Below are positions 1 to 9,509 of a DNA stretch of 63,359 nt, piece after piece. Below the pieces are notes generated by a model. That model did no database searches. It saw only the letters and a program-made list of their open reading frames with translations, and was not told the origin of the DNA. A program made the translations under genes and the position numbers. Each line of letters begins with the position of its first letter. The stretch's first letter is position 1. Where the stretch lies: IMG/VR virus record IMGVR_UViG_3300013288_000004, positions 1-63,359 of that record, one strand, 5' to 3'. The stretch is from a virus. Taxonomy: Duplodnaviria; Heunggongvirae; Uroviricota; Caudoviricetes.

Positions 1-250
1 TGACACCAACTGTGACACCAACTGTGACACCAACTGTGACACCAACTGTGACACCAACTGTGACACCAACTGTGACACCAACTGTGACACCAACTGTGAC
101 ACCAACACAGTCTATAGAGCCAACAGTTACACCAACAGTTACACCAACAGTTACACCAACAGTTACACCAACAGTTACACCAACTGTGACACCAACTGTG
201 ACACCAACACAGTCTATAGAGCCTTCTGTGACACCAACTGTGACACCAAG
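1..250 (+). repeat. 12-bp coding tandem repeat (TGACACCAACTG and ACAGTTACACCA variants) encoding VTPT
   Basis: Eight perfect TGACACCAACTG units at 1-96, a block of ACAGTTACACCA units at about 124-183, and two copies of ACACCAACACAGTCTATAGAGCC. Confidence 0.97.
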
Positions 251-368
251 TTTGTCATATGTATTAGCATGCAATTATATTCCACCAAACGGTGACGATG
301 TAGGTGGAAATGTGACAACCGGTTATACACCACCGAACGGTGATGATGTAGGTGGAAACTTATGTTGA
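3..368 (+). CDS. 3' end of a probable virion/tail-fibre protein with a (VTPT)n mucin-like tract and two C-terminal Y(I/T)PPNGDDVGGN repeats; 5' end lies outside the window
   Basis: Open frame runs from the window edge to TGA at 368; located just upstream of the tail genes. Confidence 0.75.
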   Translation, partial: TPTVTPTVTPTVTPTVTPTVTPTVTPTVTPTVTPTQSIEPTVTPTVTPTVTPTVTPTVTPTVTPTVTPTQSIEPSVTPTVTPSLSYVLACNYIPPNGDDVGGNVTTGYTPPNGDDVGGNLC

Positions 369-435
369 TCTAACATAAATATATGGAAAATCTAATATCA
401 TTTATAAAATGACAAACTATTAAAGGACACTAATA

Positions 436-1329
436 ATGGCAACACAAAGTTATTCCACGGCAATATCTCACAGTAATACCACAAATTTCAGGGTATGGGG
501 TTTAGAACTTTCTAACGCATTAGAAGCTGTAGGGCTTATAAAAACTACTGACACTGGTCAAATAAATTGGGCTTCAGCAAATAAACCGGCGATCAACGCT
601 TCTGCCGGTTATGAGATTCGCATATTAAACGATTCATTACACGCTTCCGCCCCAATTTATGTCAAGATTGAGTACGGGACCGGGTCGGTATCTACATATC
701 CGGTATTGTGGTTTACTGTGGGGACTGGATCAAATGGGAGCGGTACAATTACCGATATATTTTTCACCAGAGCCGTCCAATATAATGGAAACTATATAGC
801 ACTAGATTCGACGGTTGCCGCCAAACAAACATACATAAGTATGGTTGATGGTTTTTTTGGTCTATTATTTAAAGCTGAGAATTGCGCCACACTATACCCA
901 GTAGCAGGTTTCATTATTCACCGAACGCAAGATAGCTCAGGAACTCCAACTGCTGAGGGGGTTGTCATCTATTCCCCAAATGTCGCATATAACCCGGAGC
1001 ATCTGATGTTTAATTTTTCAACACTATATACATATTTCGTACAAAATACTAGTTTGTACGGTGGATCATTTGGAGCTACCATGCCCGGTGATTTATTGGT
1101 CGTTGGTACTATCAACGCGGGGGTGCCCGGTGATTATCAGTTAGCGCGCCACTACTGCGCGATGCCCCTAATTCAACCCCTTGGATTAATTGTTTCAGCA
1201 TCCAATGGTGATACAATCGTACTTGGAACTCAATTCACCGCAACCGTTCTGGGAACATCGCGAAATTATATTTCACTCGGACCAAACGCTTTCGACCAAT
1301 ACTCGACATTCTGTATGGTATGGGAATAA
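436..1329 (+). CDS. Putative tail-associated virion protein
   Basis: 297-aa ORF with AAAGGA RBS; rich in G/T/S/Y; tail-module context. Confidence 0.55.
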   Translation: MATQSYSTAISHSNTTNFRVWGLELSNALEAVGLIKTTDTGQINWASANKPAINASAGYEIRILNDSLHASAPIYVKIEYGTGSVSTYPVLWFTVGTGSNGSGTITDIFFTRAVQYNGNYIALDSTVAAKQTYISMVDGFFGLLFKAENCATLYPVAGFIIHRTQDSSGTPTAEGVVIYSPNVAYNPEHLMFNFSTLYTYFVQNTSLYGGSFGATMPGDLLVVGTINAGVPGDYQLARHYCAMPLIQPLGLIVSASNGDTIVLGTQFTATVLGTSRNYISLGPNAFDQYSTFCMVWE

Positions 1330-1332
1330 AAA

Positions 1333-1647
1333 ATGCCACTTTTGATTAATGATTATCTACCACAGATTTTAATACCAGTTACAAGATATTTTCCTTCAGG
1401 CGCGCTTAGAATAGCTGGCGATTCGCCATCCGGTCTAGTATTAGTTGGAATGGCCCCGGCATCCAGAACTGTGGATATATTCGACAGGGAGACTAAAGTC
1501 CTAGTTGCAACAACTGTTTCTGCTGGTGATGGTACTTATGAGTTTACAAACCTGTCGTCACGAACAGAAGGTTATGATGTTATTATCAGGGGTGTTATTT
1601 TAGATGGTGAGAGAGATGTCATAATACCCGGAGTACATCCCATCTAA
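1333..1647 (+). CDS. Small tail-associated protein, transthyretin/carboxypeptidase-regulatory-like beta sandwich
   Basis: PASRTVDIFDRETKVLVATTVSAGDGTYEFTNL resembles small tail-fibre-linked proteins of proteobacterial phages. Confidence 0.55.
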   Translation: MPLLINDYLPQILIPVTRYFPSGALRIAGDSPSGLVLVGMAPASRTVDIFDRETKVLVATTVSAGDGTYEFTNLSSRTEGYDVIIRGVILDGERDVIIPGVHPI

Positions 1648-2435
1648 TGGATAACGATTTTAAAAAAGATTTAGACACATATTTTTATGACGCTCAATTG
1701 AGACGTTATATAATACAATTCATGGCAATCTTTTCCGGGTTGAAGGTTAAGGTTGGAAAAAATTCCAATGTAGATTCTTCAAACGATTTTGTAGATATTC
1801 CGGTAAGATATGGTAATTCTAGTAGAATCGTTGATGCAATCATAACAGAAAATACTCAAAATAAACCATTAAGTTTACCAGTGATGGCCGTAAACATGGT
1901 AGGCATGGACGTAGCAACACAAAGATTAAAAGGTATAGGAGCGCAAGAAAGGACTGTTAATCTACCAAGAGGTGGATCACTACCAGATGACCTTAAAGTT
2001 CTCTATAAACAGCAGCCTGTACCATATGATGGGATGATGGAGCTTAGTATATACACAAGTAATGAGCATGAACATTTCCAAATTTTAGAACAAATATTAA
2101 TGATATTCGATCCAACGCTTCAGATACAGACCAGCGATGACGTGCATGATTTCGTGAGAATAACACAAGTAGAATTAAAATCGATAGACTTCAACACAAA
2201 CTATCCAAAATTAGCTGACAAGAGAGTCATAGTCACTAATTTGAATTTCTTAGTGTGGTTCTATCTAGTACCTCCAGTTAATATCAAGACTAACTTCATC
2301 AAAGCTGTGAAGTTGAGATTGGAAGCAATTAAAAATACAGAAGATGTTAACGAAAAGGTTAGAGAGGTTAATAGAACAGATCCACCTTACAAAGTCCTAT
2401 ATGATATAGATGATATGGGCATCCCGCCAAACTAA
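1647..2435 (+). CDS. Tail sheath stabilizer/terminator, T4 gp15-like
   Basis: YFYDAQLRRYIIQF, IPVRYG, PVPY and QILEQIL..FDP motifs; directly upstream of the sheath gene. Confidence 0.85.
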   Translation: MDNDFKKDLDTYFYDAQLRRYIIQFMAIFSGLKVKVGKNSNVDSSNDFVDIPVRYGNSSRIVDAIITENTQNKPLSLPVMAVNMVGMDVATQRLKGIGAQERTVNLPRGGSLPDDLKVLYKQQPVPYDGMMELSIYTSNEHEHFQILEQILMIFDPTLQIQTSDDVHDFVRITQVELKSIDFNTNYPKLADKRVIVTNLNFLVWFYLVPPVNIKTNFIKAVKLRLEAIKNTEDVNEKVREVNRTDPPYKVLYDIDDMGIPPN

Positions 2436-2463
2436 AAATATAATCTATTTTGTGCACACGTAA

Positions 2464-2469
2464 TAAATA
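2464..2469 (+). promoter_or_regulatory. T4-like late promoter core (TAAATA) for the sheath gene
   Basis: TAAATA about 35 nt upstream of the AAGGAG-preceded ATG; the same core recurs before most structural genes. Confidence 0.65.
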
Positions 2470-2505
2470 TCTGTAACATCTTATTTTATTTTAAGGAGAT
2501 AACAG

Positions 2506-4734
2506 ATGGCACAATTAATTAGCCCCGGCGTAGACGTAACCATAATCGACGAATCTTTCTATATTCCCGGTCGTGCTGCGAGCTTCCCACTTATTTTCAT
2601 CGCTACAGAAGATGAAAAACTACAACCAGATGGCGAATCGCCTGCTGTTGGAACTTATGAACATAACGTTTTGAGAACTGTTACTTCTTTAAGACAGTCC
2701 ATAGAATTATATGGTATTCCAAATTACTTACGTTCAGCTTCAAATTCTCATCATCATGGTGATGCCCGTAATGAATACGGTCTTGACGCATTAAACAAAT
2801 ATCTAGAAATTGGCAACAGAGCATATGTTATTCGTGCTAATGTTAACTTAAATGATAATCTGGATGATTTGAAAGATTTATGGACAAGAAAGATACAGAT
2901 AGCAGCCGACTACTTGAATGAATTGGTTGCAAATTGGTTAGCAGAATACAATGCTGTTAACAATTTGTATCCAGCGGATGATTACTACAAAACGTCCGTG
3001 GACGGTGACACACTAAAGACTCTATTGGATGAAGCATTGAAAGATGTGTTCAATATGTATAGTTTCAGCAAAGAATCCAAAGATCTTCCAGCCGATAATC
3101 CAGTGGATGACGATAGATCATCCTCATTTAAAGATGAGTTCTTACTAAGTAACTTAACTGCACGTCCAGCATATCAAGACGTCCTAACAGAAACTTATAA
3201 TGGTTTCATTGTGGCCGGTGACTATGCTGGATTGGAAGAAGGTGAAGAATATGGTGCAAGCGTATACATTGTTGGTGATCAAGACAATGATCTGGACGCT
3301 GAACCAATAACAATAGATTTACTGTTCAATGGTAGTAATGTTGTAACTTTCGGAGAGCTAGTCGATGCTATTAATTCGCAATTAGATAATTATGCTACAT
3401 GCGAACTAATTCAGGGTGCTATAAGAATAACCAGTACATGGGCTGGAGCAACGTCTAGTGTTTTAATATCTGATGGATATTCAGGGACACTTCCACTATT
3501 CGCATCTTTAAGCTTATTTGATAGAATAAAAGATCCAATAAGCGGTAAAGGCATTTCAACATTAAACATCTATGATGATACATATGATAATGTCATAGCT
3601 GGTGATAATGAAATAGTTGCCGGTTATGAGGGTCTTTATGGTATGATAGACACATGGCCTTCTGGTACATTTACCGCTGACGAAGCGGAAGGCTTATTAT
3701 TAGCAGCCGCTGGCGATTTTGATAATACAAAGGAATTCGTATTCTTCACCTCATTAGGCGCAAACAATCAAGAACGTTATGAAGAAATTGAAAGAGCCGT
3801 TGTAGAGGCAATTAATAATCCATTCAACGGTTCACGTTCAGAATGGTTAGAATATACCACTCTGATAGCTCCGGGCATTCACGGTTCAAAAGTATCAGCC
3901 GCATTATATCGTCTTATGCAGGATCAGTTAGAGGAAGTGTTCATCATTGATGAAACACCATTTGACAAACCAGCAACTGGACCAAATTCAATTGCGGCAT
4001 GGGCAACATCAGGACCGAATAGAAATCAATATTGGCATGCCGCTGCATATTTTCCACATGGTCTATCATCTAACATAGATGGTTATGACATCATGACCAC
4101 AGCAGCATCTGCCGCATTGCGCGTGTTTGCATACAATGACCAGCAGAGAGATGTTTGGTGGGCACCAGCGGGCGTTAATCGTGGTCAGTGTGGTTTCTTG
4201 CAGGATATTGGTTATGTGTCAGGAACTTTAGGCGGTCCAACCACTTTCGTTCAAGAATATTGTGACACTGGAACACGCGATGAGTTGTATGAGTCTCCAA
4301 AGAATATCAACCCAATTGCATATATTCCGGGTCGTGGCATTTTGGTAATGGGTCAGAAGACTGGTCAGGGTACTGCTTCAGCACTTGATAGAATCAACGT
4401 TGCAAGACTGTGTAAATTCATCAAGAGACAGTTGAGAAAAGGTTTGTTCGCATTCTTGTTCGAACCTAATGACAGTATCACTTGGGATCTGGTTAAGGCT
4501 GCATGTGACGGTTTCTTGAGCACATTGGTTGATCGTAGAGGACTGTACGATTTTGCGGTTCTGGTAGACGAAACGAATAATAATCCAGAGACCATAGATA
4601 ACAATGAACTTCATGTTGACATAGCAATTAAGCCAACACGTGCGATAGAATTTATATACGTGAAAGTGCGCGTGGTTCGTACTGGAGCGAATATAGGTAC
4701 TGGTAGATCCGGGTCCGCGCTGACGACTAGATAA
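2506..4734 (+). CDS. Contractile tail sheath protein, T4 gp18-like, with an inserted domain
   Basis: N-terminal LISPGVDVTIIDES; C-terminal WWAPAGVNRG, INPI, GQKT, SALDRINVARL, FLFEPND, IKPTRAIEFIY. Confidence 0.97.
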   Translation: MAQLISPGVDVTIIDESFYIPGRAASFPLIFIATEDEKLQPDGESPAVGTYEHNVLRTVTSLRQSIELYGIPNYLRSASNSHHHGDARNEYGLDALNKYLEIGNRAYVIRANVNLNDNLDDLKDLWTRKIQIAADYLNELVANWLAEYNAVNNLYPADDYYKTSVDGDTLKTLLDEALKDVFNMYSFSKESKDLPADNPVDDDRSSSFKDEFLLSNLTARPAYQDVLTETYNGFIVAGDYAGLEEGEEYGASVYIVGDQDNDLDAEPITIDLLFNGSNVVTFGELVDAINSQLDNYATCELIQGAIRITSTWAGATSSVLISDGYSGTLPLFASLSLFDRIKDPISGKGISTLNIYDDTYDNVIAGDNEIVAGYEGLYGMIDTWPSGTFTADEAEGLLLAAAGDFDNTKEFVFFTSLGANNQERYEEIERAVVEAINNPFNGSRSEWLEYTTLIAPGIHGSKVSAALYRLMQDQLEEVFIIDETPFDKPATGPNSIAAWATSGPNRNQYWHAAAYFPHGLSSNIDGYDIMTTAASAALRVFAYNDQQRDVWWAPAGVNRGQCGFLQDIGYVSGTLGGPTTFVQEYCDTGTRDELYESPKNINPIAYIPGRGILVMGQKTGQGTASALDRINVARLCKFIKRQLRKGLFAFLFEPNDSITWDLVKAACDGFLSTLVDRRGLYDFAVLVDETNNNPETIDNNELHVDIAIKPTRAIEFIYVKVRVVRTGANIGTGRSGSALTTR

Positions 4735-4754
4735 TTTATCACAATACGTCAAAC

Positions 4755-4792
4755 AAAAGGTGAGAAGGTCTAGTTGACTTCTCACCTTTTTT
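4755..4792 (+). terminator. Intrinsic terminator after the sheath gene, overlapping a sigma70-like promoter (TTGACT 4774, TAAGAT 4797)
   Basis: AAAAGGTGAGAAG / CTTCTCACCTTTT inverted repeat plus T-run; -35/-10 spacing is 17 nt. Confidence 0.8.
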
Positions 4793-4827
4793 ATTGTAAG
4801 ATTTTTACATTAATGATATAAAACGAC

Positions 4828-6369
4828 ATGATAATTTGTAAAATATGTAATACTGAATTTAATTCCATTATTTCCCCATCGCATTTGAGGAAACATAATA
4901 TTACGCCACAGGAATATAAAAATATTTACGGTGAAAAATCATTAGCTACTGATGAGTATAGATTACAAAAAGCTAATCATTTTTCTGAAACTAATAGAGG
5001 TAGAACGGCGTGGAATAAAGATAAAACTATTCAATTGAGTGACAAACAAAAACAAGCATATTTAATACGAGAACAAAAATATGAAACTGGTGAATTATGC
5101 AGAAGAAAATATTCACCATTAACAACTGAAACAAAAAACAAAATATCGTCATCAATCAAGGATTATGCAAATAAAAATCCGGAGGAAATGAAACAACGGT
5201 ACCAGAAAGCTGCAAAAACAAAAATGGAAAAAGGAATATCCATTCTACCATCAATGGCGGGCCATAAACACACGGATGACAATAAAGTTAAATTCAAAAA
5301 TAACTTAGTAAAACTTTCACAAGAAAGAGTCAAAAACAGTCACGAAAAATTATTAAAAAAGATTCAAAAACAATTTCATTTATTAAATGATTTTTTGCAT
5401 GATAAACTACAATTAAAATGTATTACTTGTGGAACTATATCATACAGAACCAAACAACATTTTTATGATTTCAGATTCCACGAAAAGTTATGTCCTACAT
5501 GTTTTCCTAGAGCCATACTAACAAGTAAAGCTCAAACTGAAATTTATGAATTCATTAAAAATATTTTTAATGACACTATTTTAAATTACAAAACTAATCA
5601 TGGTGATATTGATATTTACATTCCTTCCAAGAATTTGGGAATCGAATATAACGGTTTGTATTGGCATTCCACTGAAGTTTTAACTTACAACGACAAATCA
5701 AAAATAAAAGATTTCGACAAATACATCAAACTCAAAAACGATGGTGTGCAACTAATTTGCATTATGGAAGATGAATGGATAAACAAAAAAGAGATTGTCA
5801 TATCCAGATTAAATAATTTTTTTGGTACAAGTAGTAAGATTGGCGCAAGAGACTGTGAAATAGTAGAATTGGATGTTACTGTAGCTAGGAAATTCTTTGG
5901 AGACAATCACATACAAGGATATGGAAATTCCCAAATCAGATACGGATTAATTAATAATGGTGAATTGTTATGTGCAATGTCTTTTTCCAACAGTAACATA
6001 GCCAGAAAGAATATTGATTGGGAAATTGTCCGATTCTGTAATAAGATTGGTACTTCTGTTACTGGTGGTGCTGGTAAGTTGTTCAAACATTTCATACAAC
6101 AAATTAATCCAGATAAAGTTATATCATATGCTGATTCTAGATGGTCGTCTGGTAATCTTTACGGTAATCTTGGCTTTTCATTTGTTAGGCAGACGGTTCC
6201 AAACTATTGGTACTTCAAACCGAATGAACTTAAAAGAATCCATAGATTCACATTACGAAAGAGAAGTGACGAACCGAAAGATCTTACTGAAAAAGATCTA
6301 AGATTTTCTGAAGGTTATTACCACATTTATGACTATGGTTCAAGTAAATGGGTTTGGAACAAGACATAA
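4828..6369 (+). CDS. Hef-like free-standing homing endonuclease: Zn fingers, NUMOD3-like repeats, PD-(D/E)xK/Vsr-like nuclease and a C-terminal Mom/GNAT-like domain
   Basis: CxxC..HLRKH, AWNK, DIDIYIP..GIEYNGLYWH, EDEW, WEIVRFC, VISYADSRWS.GNLY..LGF. Confidence 0.8.
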   Translation: MIICKICNTEFNSIISPSHLRKHNITPQEYKNIYGEKSLATDEYRLQKANHFSETNRGRTAWNKDKTIQLSDKQKQAYLIREQKYETGELCRRKYSPLTTETKNKISSSIKDYANKNPEEMKQRYQKAAKTKMEKGISILPSMAGHKHTDDNKVKFKNNLVKLSQERVKNSHEKLLKKIQKQFHLLNDFLHDKLQLKCITCGTISYRTKQHFYDFRFHEKLCPTCFPRAILTSKAQTEIYEFIKNIFNDTILNYKTNHGDIDIYIPSKNLGIEYNGLYWHSTEVLTYNDKSKIKDFDKYIKLKNDGVQLICIMEDEWINKKEIVISRLNNFFGTSSKIGARDCEIVELDVTVARKFFGDNHIQGYGNSQIRYGLINNGELLCAMSFSNSNIARKNIDWEIVRFCNKIGTSVTGGAGKLFKHFIQQINPDKVISYADSRWSSGNLYGNLGFSFVRQTVPNYWYFKPNELKRIHRFTLRKRSDEPKDLTEKDLRFSEGYYHIYDYGSSKWVWNKT

Positions 6370-6379
6370 GATAAATGTT

Positions 6380-8002
6380 ATGGAACTGCAAGAATATATT
6401 AAAACTAAACTATTAAGAAAAGACGGGAAACTTAATTCCGCCATCTTGCGTCGCGATACATTCGTTCAGTCAGAAGAAAACAAACAAATTATAGATCAAA
6501 CTAATTTCTTATCAGAACCATCTTTCTCTGAGAGGATATATTGCCTAATAAATGACATAAAAGAACAACAAATATGTCCTATTTGTAATAAAAATAATAG
6601 AGTTTTTCTCCCCAATTTTGGTAAGGGATATTCAGAAACATGTAACGATATAGCATGTATAGGAAAAAATTCAAACCGAATAGAAGAGATAAGAAAAACA
6701 AAACAAGAAAAATATGGTGGCATGGTTTCTGAGAAACAAAAACAGTTGTTTGTCAACAATATTCCACAAATGCTTGAAAAATCTAGAAAAACTCTGTCAA
6801 ATAAGTATGGAGTTGATAATCCCGGAATGCTGCCAGACCATTATAAAAAGGTCAAAGCCACTAAGTTACAAAAATATGGTAATGAAAATTGGTTTCTGAG
6901 TGATGTCGGAAAAGAGAAAATACACAAAAACAAGCTCGAAAAATTTGTAAATTGTACTAATGTACAAGAACCTAATGATTCGTTAAAACAATTGTATCCA
7001 AATGCAACAGATTATTATACATTCATTTGTGATGTTTGTAATAATCAAGATACTATAGCATATTATACCGCAAAATGGCGGCTGACACATTTCAATACTA
7101 CATGTTCTGTTTGTTCTAATCTTAAATATGGTAGTAAATTTCAAACGCAAGTGTTTGATTTTGTTAAAGATTTTACCAATTGTAAACAAAATATACGCAT
7201 ATTGGAGAGTAACAAACAAGAAGTTGACATATATTGCGAAGATAAAAAAATGGCATTTGAATGTAACGGACTGTACTGGCATTCTGCCGAACATTTCCAA
7301 TCAAATGGTAAAGAACATAATAGAGATTTTCTAAAATATGAACTGTTTAAACAAAATGGTATACGTATATTTTCTATTATGGAAGATGAATGGCTACACA
7401 AACAAAATATTGTTAAGAGTAGAATTAAGAACATCCTTGGTGTTACCACAGATAAAATATATGCTAGAAACTGTATAGTGCGACCAATAGATAGAAAATT
7501 AGCCAGAGATTTTATAAATGATAACCATATCCAAGGTTATCACGGATGTTCTGTAGCTTATGGATTATTTTATAATAATGATCTAGTTTCTGTAATGACG
7601 TTTACAAGCTCAAATATAACTAGAAAACTAAAAGATACTTGGGAGATTTCTCGCTTCTGTTCACTGATAGACACTAATATTGTAGGCGCAGCCGGAAAAC
7701 TATTCTCTCGCTTTGTGAAGGATGTAAAGCCAGAATTAGTAGTATCATATGCTGACACTCGTTGGTCTGATGGTAATCTTTATAAGCAGTTGGGATTCTC
7801 ATTTGAACATCAAACACCATGTAATTATTGGTATGTTGATAAGAAGGAAACAAAGAGAATTCATAGATTTAACCTACGCAAGCGACCTGATGAACCAAAA
7901 GACAAGACAGAATTTGAGTTGCGTATGGAACAGGGATATCTTAAAATATATGACTATGGTTCAAGTAAATGGATTTGGCTTAAACCCACATCGGAACATT
8001 AG
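6380..8002 (+). CDS. Second Hef-like endonuclease with the same nuclease and Mom/GNAT-like C-terminal domains
   Basis: KYG repeats, CxxC pairs, EVDIYC..AFECNGLYWH, EDEW, WEISRFCS, VVSYADTRWS.GNLY; start placed at MELQEY, after the upstream stop. Confidence 0.8.
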   Translation: MELQEYIKTKLLRKDGKLNSAILRRDTFVQSEENKQIIDQTNFLSEPSFSERIYCLINDIKEQQICPICNKNNRVFLPNFGKGYSETCNDIACIGKNSNRIEEIRKTKQEKYGGMVSEKQKQLFVNNIPQMLEKSRKTLSNKYGVDNPGMLPDHYKKVKATKLQKYGNENWFLSDVGKEKIHKNKLEKFVNCTNVQEPNDSLKQLYPNATDYYTFICDVCNNQDTIAYYTAKWRLTHFNTTCSVCSNLKYGSKFQTQVFDFVKDFTNCKQNIRILESNKQEVDIYCEDKKMAFECNGLYWHSAEHFQSNGKEHNRDFLKYELFKQNGIRIFSIMEDEWLHKQNIVKSRIKNILGVTTDKIYARNCIVRPIDRKLARDFINDNHIQGYHGCSVAYGLFYNNDLVSVMTFTSSNITRKLKDTWEISRFCSLIDTNIVGAAGKLFSRFVKDVKPELVVSYADTRWSDGNLYKQLGFSFEHQTPCNYWYVDKKETKRIHRFNLRKRPDEPKDKTEFELRMEQGYLKIYDYGSSKWIWLKPTSEH

Positions 8003-8669
8003 AATCTTCTTGAGATTGCCCATAAGCAGACATCTGCGAAAATGGGTCTGTTATAACCAATTGTGGACCATATGGTGTACGCCTAAACATCATATTATCA
8101 GCATGTAAATCTAAATGCCAATTCTTCTTTAGGAATTTTGATAAGAATACTAACGCATTGTAAAGATTACGGTCTTTCACTAATTTTCTTACAGAACTCT
8201 TTTTGATAGCCTCGCTCAGAAAATATGCCAGCATCATATCAGTATCAATACCCCAAGCTCTTTGAATACCCTCGTCTATAATCAAATCAAGGACGTGTTG
8301 GAGTTCTTCTTTTGATATAGTATGCATACTATTTAATTGTTCCATATTGAACTTATGTAACGTAACCCCTTGTTTATCCGTATACTTGTTGACGCCATAT
8401 ATTCTTGGGAAATATGGGTTCATTTTCTGATCACTATTCACTAGCGCTTTTACGAACTCTGGGTATAAATCTTTCTGATGGTAGTTTTCGCCAGAAGTAT
8501 CGATTTTTTGTCGTTTAGACACCATATGTGGGTCTTTAGGGTCTTTTCTCACAATAGAATATCTACCAGAACCCATCAGGTCTTTCGTTTCTCCACGCTT
8601 ACCACTAAACGCTTTATTTGGTATGTTTACGTCTTTAATGTCAGTTTGAATGATCTCGTTTAACAACAT
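7980..8669 (-). CDS. Protein-kinase-like (APH/RIO-type fold) protein
   Basis: Gly loop GSGRYSIV, Lys in VSK, hinge MEQL, catalytic loop DLHADNMM, DFG-like TDPF. Confidence 0.7.
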   Translation of the reverse strand: MLLNEIIQTDIKDVNIPNKAFSGKRGETKDLMGSGRYSIVRKDPKDPHMVSKRQKIDTSGENYHQKDLYPEFVKALVNSDQKMNPYFPRIYGVNKYTDKQGVTLHKFNMEQLNSMHTISKEELQHVLDLIIDEGIQRAWGIDTDMMLAYFLSEAIKKSSVRKLVKDRNLYNALVFLSKFLKKNWHLDLHADNMMFRRTPYGPQLVITDPFSQMSAYGQSQEDSNVPMWV

Positions 8670-8671
8670 TT

Positions 8672-9397
8672 TTATTTCTCTACATAATGATCATAGAAAT
8701 TTTCTAATCTAGCTAAGACTTTCTTCTTAGTTTCACTTTCTAAATTGGATATGAATTTACCTTCTGGCAACTGTGTTAATATTGACAAGAATCTCTTGAA
8801 ACTGTCTCCAAAATATTCTTTCTTGATAGCTTGCTTTGCCATGTTGGCTGAAGTTTGTTTTGCAGCGTTTGCTGTAGAATTTGCTGTTTTGTCTAGTTCA
8901 GCTATAGCTGATTTATACTCATTGAGTTTATTAGCATATGCCTTCATTAATGCATCATATCTAGCATCAACTTCGTCATTATCTTTACTTTTTATCTCAT
9001 AAGTAGTTTCTTTATTTTTCTCATGAAATTCATCTCTAGCTTCGTCTAAGAATTTGACTATAGCTTGCTTTACCTTGCCAGCCATTTGCTGTTCTTCAAT
9101 CTTATTCAGCAAATCATCTCTTGAAACTTCTCCGCTGTATTTCGGATACTCTACAACTATAAAAAATTCATCACCTTTTGATGCTAACCTTGCATTTTCC
9201 TGCCCAGCACGGAAAACCATATTCAAAGTTTTATAATTTTTATCTTTAATGACCTGTCCAACATTTAGTTCTGAGTGGTTAGGTTTCTTTTCTATGTGTG
9301 CAGTATCAAACCCACCATAGATTTTATGTAACACCAATGTTGCCTCTTCTTGGTTAGCATTGGTCTTTTCTAATAAAAAAGATGCAAATCGTTTCAT
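8672..9397 (-). CDS. Hypothetical late protein with a capsid-targeting-like N-terminus (MKRFASFLLE)
   Basis: 241-aa ORF; minus-strand TAAATA at 9419-9424. Confidence 0.6.
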   Translation of the reverse strand: MKRFASFLLEKTNANQEEATLVLHKIYGGFDTAHIEKKPNHSELNVGQVIKDKNYKTLNMVFRAGQENARLASKGDEFFIVVEYPKYSGEVSRDDLLNKIEEQQMAGKVKQAIVKFLDEARDEFHEKNKETTYEIKSKDNDEVDARYDALMKAYANKLNEYKSAIAELDKTANSTANAAKQTSANMAKQAIKKEYFGDSFKRFLSILTQLPEGKFISNLESETKKKVLARLENFYDHYVEK

Positions 9398-9509
9398 TTT
9401 TATAATTCCTGTTTGATATATTTATTGTTGAGATGTAAAAAAAGTTAGCTTTTATTACACACTTATAATAAATAGATATAACTATTGTACATGTTTAAGG
9501 AGCTAAGTC

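Noticed and set aside
1-250. Possible CRISPR array or telomere-like repeat
   Set aside because: Units are 12 bp, head-to-tail with no unique spacers, and keep an open VTPT reading frame
6329-6379. ORF-track start of the second Hef-like gene
   Set aside because: It overlaps the conserved 3' end of the previous gene in another frame; ATG 6380 after the stop is more plausible
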